Part shown: positions 51,336-60,364 of the stretch, in pieces
How the letters are laid out: every line of letters starts with the position of its first letter
How positions within the stretch are numbered: position 1 is the stretch's first letter
Assembly (NCBI GenBank): GCA_047638675.1
Contig: JBLIML010000001.1
Span: 13,822 to 77,821 of the forward strand
Source: Planctomycetota bacterium
Lineage (GTDB): Bacteria > Pseudomonadota > Gammaproteobacteria > Eutrophobiales > Eutrophobiaceae
Length of the DNA stretch: 64,000 nt
Reading direction: 5' to 3'
Notes under the pieces: generated by a model
Told to the model about the DNA's origin: nothing
Database searches by the model: none
What the model saw: only the letters and a program-made list of their open reading frames with translations
Position numbers and translations under genes: made by a program

Positions 51336-53171
51336 GTGTACACTACCGCCATGCGTGGACATGGCGACAGCACATCTAACAGTGATTGGTCAGGAGACTG
51401 GACGGCGATAAAAAGTCTTGTGCCTTATTTTATGGAGTTTAAAGGCCGTGTATTCCTCGCGCTTTTCTTTTTACTTCTGGCCAAGATTGCCAATGTCATG
51501 ATTCCCTTTGCGATGAAGCATATTGTCGACGCTCTCGATTCCAGCCAATCGCAAATTATCGCCGTACCAATCTTGTTTCTGGTGATGTATGGCGTGTTAC
51601 GTCTGGGAACAATATTGTTTGGCGAAATCCGCGATACCATATTTGGTCGGGTTACCGAACGCGCCATGCATCGTATCGGTTTGAAACTATTCAAACACCT
51701 GCATGCACTGGATCTCGATTTTCATCTTTCGAGACGCACAGGCGGGATGGCACGGGATATCGAACGTGGCACCAATGGGATCAATTTTCTCATGCGTTTT
51801 ATGCTTTTTAACATTATTCCCACCTTACTGGAAATTTCCTTAATCACTGCCATTCTTTTTCTTAACTACAGTGCCTGGTACGCCGTGGTCATTGTCACAG
51901 CGGTGACAATTTATATTGCGTTTTCAGTCGTATTTACGGAAAAACGAACCAAAATCGTACGTCAAATGAACGAAATGGATAACCAGACCAATACGCGCGC
52001 CATTGACAGTCTGCTTAATTTTGAAACCGTAAAATATTTTGGCAATGAGAATTATGAAGCTGAGCAATACGATCAAAATCTAACGGGCTGGGAAAATGCC
52101 CGTGCGAAAAACAGGATATCCATGGCCACCTTGAACTCCGGCCAGGCTTTTGTTATCGCCACTTCCATCACCATCATTATGACTCTGGCGGCTTATGATG
52201 TTAGTTCAGGGAAGATGACAATAGGTGATCTGGTACTGGTCAATGCTTACATGATGCAGTTATTTATTCCTCTTAATTTCCTCGGCTTCGTTTATCGCGA
52301 AATTAAAAAGTCGTTGGCTGACATAGAACATTTGTTTTCACTATTGGCGAAGAAGACTAAAATTAAGGATAAGGTGGATGCCAATGAACTGGTGCTCAAC
52401 GGAGGCGATGTCCACTTCGAGCATGTCAGCTTCGGCTACAAAGAAGACAGGCAAATCCTGCGAGATGTTTCCTTTAGTATTCCGGCCGGGAAAAAAGTCG
52501 CTGTTGTCGGCCCAAGCGGCGCGGGGAAATCGACTATCGCCCGTCTGCTATTTCGTTTTTATGATGTGGATGAAGGCAAAATAACCGTAAACAACCAGGA
52601 TGTCCGTGATTTAACTCAACATAGTTTGCGCGCGGCCATCGGCGTTGTACCGCAGGACACGGTTCTCTTTAATAATAATATTTATTACAACATTGCCTAT
52701 GGTCGCCCTGATGCAAGCAGAGAAGACGTTGAACAAGCAACACGACTTGCCCACCTTGATCAGTTTATCCAACAGCTTCCGCAAGGCTATGAAACCCTGG
52801 TCGGTGAACGCGGATTAAAAGTATCCGGTGGTGAAAAACAACGCATTGCTATTGCCAGAATGTTGCTCAAAAATCCAGGCATCATGGTGTTCGACGAAGC
52901 CACATCATCATTGGACTCCAGTTCCGAGCAAGCCATATTAGAAGCATTAAGCGAGGTAGCACAAAGCAACACGACGCTAGTCATTGCCCATCGACTATCT
53001 ACGATTGTTGATGCAGACAACATCATCGTCCTCGACAAAGGTCGCGTGGTTGAACAAGGAACACACGCCTCTCTGTTACAACAGAAGGGCATCTATGCAA
53101 GTCTATGGGAGATGCAACAACGAGAAGCACAACAACCGGATGAACTCTTGGCAATAGTTGGAAAGACGTAG
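51336..53171 (+). CDS. ABC exporter, fused TMD-NBD, Atm1/ABCB7/HMT1-like.
   Basis: 611 aa. Six TM, then an NBD with Walker A GPSGAGKST, signature LSGGEKQR, and Walker B VFDEATS. Divergent from hemE. Confidence 0.8.
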   Translation: MYTTAMRGHGDSTSNSDWSGDWTAIKSLVPYFMEFKGRVFLALFFLLLAKIANVMIPFAMKHIVDALDSSQSQIIAVPILFLVMYGVLRLGTILFGEIRDTIFGRVTERAMHRIGLKLFKHLHALDLDFHLSRRTGGMARDIERGTNGINFLMRFMLFNIIPTLLEISLITAILFLNYSAWYAVVIVTAVTIYIAFSVVFTEKRTKIVRQMNEMDNQTNTRAIDSLLNFETVKYFGNENYEAEQYDQNLTGWENARAKNRISMATLNSGQAFVIATSITIIMTLAAYDVSSGKMTIGDLVLVNAYMMQLFIPLNFLGFVYREIKKSLADIEHLFSLLAKKTKIKDKVDANELVLNGGDVHFEHVSFGYKEDRQILRDVSFSIPAGKKVAVVGPSGAGKSTIARLLFRFYDVDEGKITVNNQDVRDLTQHSLRAAIGVVPQDTVLFNNNIYYNIAYGRPDASREDVEQATRLAHLDQFIQQLPQGYETLVGERGLKVSGGEKQRIAIARMLLKNPGIMVFDEATSSLDSSSEQAILEALSEVAQSNTTLVIAHRLSTIVDADNIIVLDKGRVVEQGTHASLLQQKGIYASLWEMQQREAQQPDELLAIVGKT

Positions 53172-53323
53172 ATACTCTGTAGGGCAAGCATATTCATATG
53201 CATTAATCCGCATTCGAACAGACAAACTTAACCAGCATTGCTCGCACCCGAAAAGTCGTTCTCCGTTTGAGTGTAGCCCTACCACCACGTAAAAGGTGCT
53301 TGTCAGAACTGCGTTCCTTTGCG

Positions 53324-53716
53324 TCATTCCACATAATCGATCAATATCGGATCGCCCGCTCGCAGCTTTCTGTTTAAACGCTTGCCTTTAATTTTATCCT
53401 TGTAATCCCTGGACAATATATAATAGGTCGTATAGTGCTCGCCCGGCATCACTCTATTTCTTACTATTAAATCATTAAAATAATTCCCGGCATCAAGATC
53501 TTTGCCCGCCACAAGTATTGAATAACTTCGTTTACGACCTTCCGCCAGCGCTGGGGAGCCTGACTGATTTGCATGAGGGTCATGCGCTTTTTCTGTTTGA
53601 TTCGAATTAATCGTTTTTTGAACATGATCAACAAAATATACTGTCCCAATTCCAGCTATCGCCACACCCAGAAAAAAACTGAGCACTATTGAAATGGTTA
53701 AAGTATTTATCTTCAC
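53324..53716 (-). CDS. Small membrane-anchored SAF-domain protein (CpaB/FlgA-like SAF fold).
   Basis: 130 aa. One N-terminal TM. The C-terminal ILVAGKDLDAGNYF...IKGKRLNRKLRAGDPIL fits the SAF-domain consensus V.VA.RDL.AG...GK.L...L..GEPIL. Paralogous to the C-terminus of the next gene. Confidence 0.5.
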   Translation of the reverse strand: MKINTLTISIVLSFFLGVAIAGIGTVYFVDHVQKTINSNQTEKAHDPHANQSGSPALAEGRKRSYSILVAGKDLDAGNYFNDLIVRNRVMPGEHYTTYYILSRDYKDKIKGKRLNRKLRAGDPILIDYVE

Positions 53717-53808
53717 GGATTTGTCACATTAATTTTCGATTGAATGGCGATACAATGCTCAAATTTCTTTTACGATAGAGATTCCGATTTTCTTTTCAAT
53801 ATATAAAA

Positions 53809-54654
53809 TCAATCAACAAAATGACTTAATATCGCCTCGCCTTTTTGCAAGCTTCTGTTTAATTTTTTACCCCTTAGTGTGGTTTTGTAATCCTCGGCCA
53901 GAATATGATAAGACATTATATAATCATCAGGGGTTTTTCTGAGGGCAGCCGTAGTATCATTTATCACATCGCCAGGGAAAAGATCCTTGCTCGCCACGAC
54001 AATTCTGACAGTAGATTCAACCGCCTTTATTTCTTTAGATGCGACGGGTTCATTGCTTGCGCTATAGGGAACATAAGCATTTCTCACGACTATGGCGCCG
54101 ATTGGCAGACCAATCGTAAAGCTTAGTATAATTGATAAAAACAGAGTGGATCTTTCACTGTTTTTAGCAAGAGGAACACCATTGGCATCCATCGTTGCAA
54201 CATATTTTTTATTAGCGGGGAATTGCTTTACGATATTTTCTGCTGAAAGACACTTAACAACAATAATAAATAAAACCAACTGCACGATAGATTTTCCTGT
54301 TGTACTAATACTGAACTCCCGGGCATCACTAAAGATTGACCATGGAATCCCTACAGCGAGTATCAAACCAAGAATTATCAGGTTAATCCAGTAAAGACTC
54401 AGTAATATTTTCCGCGCGATTTCAATTCTAAACCATATGCCGCAACCAAGAACAAAAGAAACAAATCCGGTAAACATAGAAAAAAAATAGACAGTGTCAT
54501 CATCTCTGGTCGATATCATCCATATACTCGCGATTATTATTAGCAAACCCAGAGTCAGATTGAAGATCAAAATAATATTCAGCACGATGGTCGAGGATAC
54601 CCAACTTAACCTGGGCGCCGTAGACGGGGGAGTTTCGTTCAATTCACTAGCCAT
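53809..54654 (-). CDS. Polytopic membrane protein with a C-terminal SAF domain.
   Basis: 281 aa. Five TM helices. The C-terminal RIVVASKDLFPGDVI...LRGKKLNRSLQKGEAIL parallels the 130-aa neighbour. Confidence 0.5.
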   Translation of the reverse strand: MASELNETPPSTAPRLSWVSSTIVLNIILIFNLTLGLLIIIASIWMISTRDDDTVYFFSMFTGFVSFVLGCGIWFRIEIARKILLSLYWINLIILGLILAVGIPWSIFSDAREFSISTTGKSIVQLVLFIIVVKCLSAENIVKQFPANKKYVATMDANGVPLAKNSERSTLFLSIILSFTIGLPIGAIVVRNAYVPYSASNEPVASKEIKAVESTVRIVVASKDLFPGDVINDTTAALRKTPDDYIMSYHILAEDYKTTLRGKKLNRSLQKGEAILSHFVD

Positions 54655-54752
54655 ATAAACGTATCATAAACTTATATCATGTCCGGGCAAGCACCTACTC
54701 TAATATTGAAAAGCGTGGTCGCCTTTTACTGTTTTCAGACGAAATATTTGTA

Positions 54753-56264
54753 CTAGGACTTTACATAACGATGCTTGATGCCATTACCCCCTGCAATTCG
54801 AGGATCACGATAGGGATAGAGCTGTACCTCAAGTAGTGCTTTATCACCAACGACTTTTCTGAGTGCACGATAGTCTGTGTTTTGTTTCTCCAGCCCTTTC
54901 GTAACGGTCTCAGAATATTTATTTTCAAGTTCTTCGCTTACCTGAACACCTACACTTAGTTCAATTTTAAGTTGCAGAACCTCGTTCTGTTCTTCGTCAT
55001 GCCTGTGCACCAATCTAAATAGTCCAGTCCAGCTATCAGAGATTGCAGAGTTGTCCAATATAGCTTTAATATTCTCGGGATAAATGACTGCGCCATAAAT
55101 AAGTGCAGATCCATCATTTCTTCCCCAAACATAAAGAAACGGAAATTTAATAATATTTTTGTTTGAATAGCCATACTCGGAAAGCATTTCCAGTACATCA
55201 TAGCCATGATCAGCAATGATAGTCTGGACTTCATCAAAGGATAACAATCCACCACGGTCATGAATGTTATATCGAACTAAAGGTATGGCAGTCATGGCCG
55301 TGAAGACCAGTTCATTGTCCACAGTTTCGGTATAATATTCTGCTGGATTATACTGGCAAAAGGCCGGTGATAAATTTTCCTGACCGAATAAATCCCTGGC
55401 AAAACTTTTATCTTCATGCGCCAGTTTTTTTACCAATATGGAATACCGGGTTTCCTGTGCCATCATTGTACTCATTTCCGACGCTCCATATATGCCAAGG
55501 ATACTTGTCAGATCTTTTTCATGATGACCAAATTTCTTATGCATATAAAGCCGCCATTCTTCGCTAAAATGTTCTCCGCCTGTTAACAATTTAATATTGA
55601 GCTTTTTCCAGTCAATGCCCTCCTGGTCCCCCAGGCCGGTCACGTATTTTATGAAGGGCGGATAAGCCGCGATGAGTGTTTGATGATGTAAAGGCGAGAA
55701 TTTTTTGATTATATCTACAATTTCTTCCGCATTACTTCCGGGAGTTATGATCGTCAGAGGATAATTAGTATTCATTGAGATTTGTCTAAGCGCCCAGGAT
55801 ATTTTTTCGCCGGACACCCAGACTCCTAACATCAAACCCACTATCACCAGTGTTGGTTTCTGGTCAATTTGGTAAAGTTGACGAAAAAGTGAATCCAAAC
55901 GACCGGGTAGATTTCTGTCATCTTTCTTCACTCGTGGCCAATATGACCTTTCCCCACTAAGACCACTACTCCCTTCGATTAAATATTTATCCGTCAATGT
56001 CCCGTCGAGACAGAGCTGTTCAAAAGGGTATTTGTGCAAGTAATCGTTTTTGCCCATCAGCGGAAGTTCTTTAAAATCATCCATTGAAGTTACAGCAGCT
56101 TTATCAAAACCTTTTTCCGATAGAAATTGCTGATAAGCAGGCACTTTACTGTGTGCGTTATTAAAAGTAGACAAGGCATAGTTGACGCCTCTTTTTTCAT
56201 GAATGTTGGAGGAACAACGCGATAACATAAAACGGTAGCTATCACTGATTAGTCTTTCAAACAT
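54753..56264 (-). CDS. Adenylate-forming enzyme of the GH3/ANL type (GH3-like acyl-acid amido synthetase, or PaaK/CapK/F390-synthetase-like).
   Basis: 503 aa. GSSGLSGERSYWP resembles the GH3 SSGTSxGERK..P phosphate-binding loop. YGASE matches ANL motif A5-like (Y-G-x-[ST]-E). RYNIHDRGG resembles the YRxGD hinge. The N-terminal FKELP...YLHKYPFE resembles the GH3 N-domain. Confidence 0.55.
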   Translation of the reverse strand: MFERLISDSYRFMLSRCSSNIHEKRGVNYALSTFNNAHSKVPAYQQFLSEKGFDKAAVTSMDDFKELPLMGKNDYLHKYPFEQLCLDGTLTDKYLIEGSSGLSGERSYWPRVKKDDRNLPGRLDSLFRQLYQIDQKPTLVIVGLMLGVWVSGEKISWALRQISMNTNYPLTIITPGSNAEEIVDIIKKFSPLHHQTLIAAYPPFIKYVTGLGDQEGIDWKKLNIKLLTGGEHFSEEWRLYMHKKFGHHEKDLTSILGIYGASEMSTMMAQETRYSILVKKLAHEDKSFARDLFGQENLSPAFCQYNPAEYYTETVDNELVFTAMTAIPLVRYNIHDRGGLLSFDEVQTIIADHGYDVLEMLSEYGYSNKNIIKFPFLYVWGRNDGSALIYGAVIYPENIKAILDNSAISDSWTGLFRLVHRHDEEQNEVLQLKIELSVGVQVSEELENKYSETVTKGLEKQNTDYRALRKVVGDKALLEVQLYPYRDPRIAGGNGIKHRYVKS

Positions 56265-56783
56265 CCCTTATACCCCTGTGAAAAAAAATAAAAGCATCAT
56301 ATCAAATAAAATTTTTATTCAAAAAATCAGATTGACCAAAATAAGACTTGTGATTTTTCGCTTTGAATAAATTTTATTTCAATGAATTTCGTTCGCTACT
56401 CAAAATCATAATGATACAGGCCTACTTTCAAGCACGTCGTCTGATTTTATTATGAGCTAAAACGAAACGAATCACCTTCCTTTGCTTCGTATTATTAATA
56501 ATCTATTAAGTTTTTTCAAACGTACCCAATATCGAGTATGTCTTCTAAATGTTCAAAGGATGTCAGAGTGATTGCTCAAACAATATGGTGACATTGTTAT
56601 CAAGCAAGCAAACAAAGAAAGTCTTTCAAATAGAACGTGTATTTGAAAAACTCTGCATTTTATAAAATGGCGTAGAATGGTGATCATGCCAGGGAAGGAC
56701 TTTGGGGGCTGACATCAACTGCGCAAATAAAGTGCCAACTACTCACTTGTTATCAATAGGTGTGAGCTTCCTAATAAGTCTAA

Positions 56784-58406
56784 TCAAGAACTACAGGAAA
56801 GCATGGAACAGCCCGCTCGCTGGCGTGCCCAGTCCGGACGCTTTTGATAGTATTCTATTTCTTTGTCAGGCTGCTCATCATAGGGATGGCGTAACACATC
56901 CAATAATTCATTCACCATAGAGTGATCGCCTTGCTCAGATTTATCAATGGCTAATTGTGCCAGATAGTTTCTTAATACGTACTTCGGGTTGACGGCATTC
57001 ATGCTTTGACGACGTTCTTCATCACTTCGGCCATCCTCTCGCACACGTTCTATGTACTGACGTAACCACTCGCCCAAACACTCCTTATAAGAATCCGTGG
57101 GTTGATCGGTGACATAAAATGCATTCATTAATGGCGCCATCAAGGCCTCATTACTTAGAGCGCCCACATTCTCCACATTGGTCTCCACTTCGGCCAGTTG
57201 TCGATAGAATATCGTCATGTCCGTCTCGACCAGTTTGAGTGTTACAAGAAGATCATCTATCAGCGTTTTATCCGTCTTCTCCTCAAAGACCTGCAAGCCA
57301 AGTTTTTGCGCCATCATGTTTTGAAAGCCTTCCTGAAAACTTTCGGGGTAGACCTCCAGGGCTTTTTCAAGAGGTTCTACCTCATCGATTAGAGGATAAA
57401 TCGCATTAGCCAGTTGGATGAGATTCCACATCGCGATCTGCGGCTGATGACCATAGCGATAACGTCGACCCTGCGCATCGGTGGTGTTGGGTGTCCAGTC
57501 CGGATCATAATTCTCCAGCCAGCCATAGGGCCCGTAATCGATGGTCAGCCCAAGAATGGACATATTGTCCGTGTTCATCACACCATGGACAAAACCGACG
57601 CGTTGCCAATGCACAATCATCTCCGCTGTACGACGACATATTTCCTCGAGCCAGTTTAAATAAACCTGTTTCGAAGGCTCACCCAGATGGGGAAAGTCGG
57701 TACGAATGGTATAGTCCACCAACTGTTTCAATTCATCAATTTCGCCTTTGGATGCAAACAGTTGAAAACTACCGAAGCGAACAAATGAGGGCGCAACCCG
57801 ACAGACAATAGCGCCGGGTTCAGCCTTCGGATGTCCGTCGTAGAACATATCCCGAACGACTTCTTCACCTGTTAGTACCAGACTCAAAGCGCGTGTCGTT
57901 GGCACCCCCAGATGATGCATCGCCTCACTACATAAAAACTCCCTGACAGAAGAACGTAGTACAGCCAGGCCATCTGCCGTTCGGGAATAGGGTGTCGGTC
58001 CGGCACCTTTTAGCTGCAAGGTAAGTCGCTCACCCGCATCGTTCACAACTTCACCCAGATTAATAGCGCGACCATCACCAAGCTGTCCCGCCCAGTTGCC
58101 AAATTGGTGGCCGCCATAACACATAGCGTAGGGCTGCATGTCATCGAGTAAATGATTCCCCGCAAACACTTGAGTGAACAAGGCAGATTGACACAGGGCA
58201 TCACTCAGATCGAGCTGCGCTGCGACTTCCTTTGAGTAAGCAACCAACTGTGGCTGGGCTACCTTGGCAGGGGAGACAAATGAATAGCAGGCTCCGCTTA
58301 CCTGTCGTCGCTGATTCACTTTCTCAGGATCGCCAGGGAGATCTCTGACAAAACGGTTATCGAAGCTCAACTCATCGAAGGCATCAAGATGCACCTGGGC
58401 GTTCAT
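56784..58406 (-). CDS. selO: Protein adenylyltransferase SelO (YdiU/UPF0061).
   Basis: 540 aa. Pseudokinase-fold motifs (GRAINLGEV, MNTDNMSILGLTIDYGP). Confidence 0.85.
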   Translation of the reverse strand: MNAQVHLDAFDELSFDNRFVRDLPGDPEKVNQRRQVSGACYSFVSPAKVAQPQLVAYSKEVAAQLDLSDALCQSALFTQVFAGNHLLDDMQPYAMCYGGHQFGNWAGQLGDGRAINLGEVVNDAGERLTLQLKGAGPTPYSRTADGLAVLRSSVREFLCSEAMHHLGVPTTRALSLVLTGEEVVRDMFYDGHPKAEPGAIVCRVAPSFVRFGSFQLFASKGEIDELKQLVDYTIRTDFPHLGEPSKQVYLNWLEEICRRTAEMIVHWQRVGFVHGVMNTDNMSILGLTIDYGPYGWLENYDPDWTPNTTDAQGRRYRYGHQPQIAMWNLIQLANAIYPLIDEVEPLEKALEVYPESFQEGFQNMMAQKLGLQVFEEKTDKTLIDDLLVTLKLVETDMTIFYRQLAEVETNVENVGALSNEALMAPLMNAFYVTDQPTDSYKECLGEWLRQYIERVREDGRSDEERRQSMNAVNPKYVLRNYLAQLAIDKSEQGDHSMVNELLDVLRHPYDEQPDKEIEYYQKRPDWARQRAGCSMLSCSS

Positions 58407-58416
58407 GTCCCTATCA

Positions 58417-59214
58417 CTAACGACAATCCGGTTTTTTGTTATTTGCGCGGGCCTGTTTATACAACTTCATGGCCGACTCCATACGACCATTGAGATCATT
58501 AATCCGCGTCGTATTCGATGGATGCGTAGACAATAACTCAGGCGGTTTTTTCCCACCGGCCTTGCCCATGTTTTCCCATAAGGTCACACTTTGCCTGGGG
58601 TCAAAACCCGCGCTCGCCATATAATCCAGTCCAAGAATATCAGCCTCGCTTTCCTGCGTACGCCCGTAAGGTAACAAAACACCCACCTGTGCGCCCAATC
58701 CCAGCAGGCCCAATAATTGCGACTTCATCGGGGTTGCCTGCCCGGCAAGCACCTGCGCCATTTTCATGCCTGAGTCCGCAGCAAAGGCCACTGATACACG
58801 TTCGTTACCATGATTGGCCAACACATGGGCTACCTCATGTCCGATGACCGCGGCGAGCTGATGCTGGTTTATAGCTACCTGTAACAAGCCGGTGTACACA
58901 CCAATCTTGCCACCTGGCAAAGCGAAAGCATTGACGGCCTTGTCATCAAAGACATTCACTTCCCATTGGTACCCAGCCCCGGTTTCGCGGGTGATGGCCT
59001 CGGCCACACAGGTGACATAGTTATTCGTCACTTTGTCTTTGGATAAGGGCGTTTGCTTTTTCATTTCGACATAAGAAGCAATTCCCATTTGCGCCATTTG
59101 ATTCTCTGGAAAAAGTTTTAGTTGTTTGCGTCCGGTTGGCGAAGTTGCACATGCACTTGTTAGTAGCACAATGATGACTGTACTAATTCGAAAAAAACTA
59201 CTTACTTGAGACAT
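58417..59214 (-). CDS. M48-family zinc metallopeptidase lipoprotein (LoiP/YcaL-like).
   Basis: Signal peptide with lipobox LTSAC. HEVAHVLANH zincin motif. Confidence 0.8.
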   Translation of the reverse strand: MSQVSSFFRISTVIIVLLTSACATSPTGRKQLKLFPENQMAQMGIASYVEMKKQTPLSKDKVTNNYVTCVAEAITRETGAGYQWEVNVFDDKAVNAFALPGGKIGVYTGLLQVAINQHQLAAVIGHEVAHVLANHGNERVSVAFAADSGMKMAQVLAGQATPMKSQLLGLLGLGAQVGVLLPYGRTQESEADILGLDYMASAGFDPRQSVTLWENMGKAGGKKPPELLSTHPSNTTRINDLNGRMESAMKLYKQARANNKKPDCR

Positions 59215-59236
59215 GAATTTATTCCTTTATTTATTT

Positions 59237-59590
59237 CTACGATTTTGCTTTAAACGCTTCAGCAAAAACATCAAAAGGTGCGTTTACAATATACACGTTT
59301 TCATAACCCATACTTTTAAGGGATTGCGCGGCAAGTGAGGCCCGTCCGCCACCACCACAATGTAAGACAATCTCCTGTGTGGGGTCTGCGCAGGCCTCGG
59401 TAATCTTAAACTCCAATATACCGCGAGGTATGTGAACTGCAATAGGCACAGCAGCCGCTTCATGCTCAGCAGGCTCGCGTATATCCACCAGCAATACACC
59501 CGGCTCAAGCACCTTCGTCGCGGCTTCCTCGGCATTAAGACAATTTCCCTCCGCTTTTGCAGCGGCAATAAGTTCCTGGGCTGTGATCAT
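59237..59590 (-). CDS. Single-domain rhodanese-like sulfurtransferase.
   Basis: 117 aa. Active-site loop HCGGGGRAS. Confidence 0.8.
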   Translation of the reverse strand: MITAQELIAAAKAEGNCLNAEEAATKVLEPGVLLVDIREPAEHEAAAVPIAVHIPRGILEFKITEACADPTQEIVLHCGGGGRASLAAQSLKSMGYENVYIVNAPFDVFAEAFKAKS

Positions 59591-59822
59591 ATAAAAACTC
59601 CTTGGTTGTTATTAATGGCAGCTTCAGTCGAAGACTATTGTGCTCCACATTCTAATGGCTGATCAGGCAAACTGGCAAAGACTATATGGGGCAAAATACA
59701 CTTTCGCAGGGATACCATTAAAAACAGGGATTCATCGCCAACTATGAATTATACTGAGGTTTGAAGTTTGAACGCAGCTGAAAAAAGTGTCACTGGAATC
59801 ACGGACAGTAAGGGAGTCATTC

Positions 59823-60278
59823 ATGACTAAGATAAATACGGCAGACAAACTCAACCAGAAACTGAAAGAATTCTCAGAACTATGTGGCAATCTACTGGTA
59901 GACGGGTTCCATTACCTCGCCCTGTTTGCCATCGGCGGTGCAACAGCCTGGTCTGCTGTCATTGCCTTCATGCAAATGGTTTCCACTGGCCATGCCACCA
60001 TCGCCGATATTCTGCTCCTTTTCATCTATCTCGAACTCGGTGCCATGGTCGGTATTTACTTTAAGACCAACCACATGCCAGTGCGATTCTTAATCTATGT
60101 CGCCATCACAGCTCTCACCAGAATGCTCATCGGCGATCTTCAAGTACATCATCAACCCACACTGGAAATATTGTACGTTGCTGGCGCAATTTTATTGCTG
60201 GCGATCGCCAATCTTGTTATTCGATATAGCTCGAAGAATTTTCCTTATGGTGATGCGGAAGGGGAAAATACAGAATAG
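59823..60278 (+). CDS. PsiE-like small inner-membrane protein.
   Basis: About 150 aa. Four TM. Similar architecture and conserved aromatic/His positions to phosphate-starvation-inducible PsiE. Start taken at MTKINT. Confidence 0.5.
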   Translation: MTKINTADKLNQKLKEFSELCGNLLVDGFHYLALFAIGGATAWSAVIAFMQMVSTGHATIADILLLFIYLELGAMVGIYFKTNHMPVRFLIYVAITALTRMLIGDLQVHHQPTLEILYVAGAILLLAIANLVIRYSSKNFPYGDAEGENTE

Positions 60279-60364
60279 CTTTTAGCAGGCCCACTCATAT
60301 ATTTCAGTGCAAACTATATCAGCAACTATCTTATTTAAAGTGAAAGGAATAAAAGGATATTCTC

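Noticed and set aside
53103-53327. 74-aa minus-strand ORF downstream of the SAF genes.
   Set aside because: It overlaps the 3' end of the ABC exporter gene and has no RBS-like context. It is probably spurious.
59882-60074. Two overlapping 60-aa ORFs (plus and minus) inside the PsiE-like gene.
   Set aside because: They are embedded in a better-supported membrane-protein ORF and are shadow ORFs.
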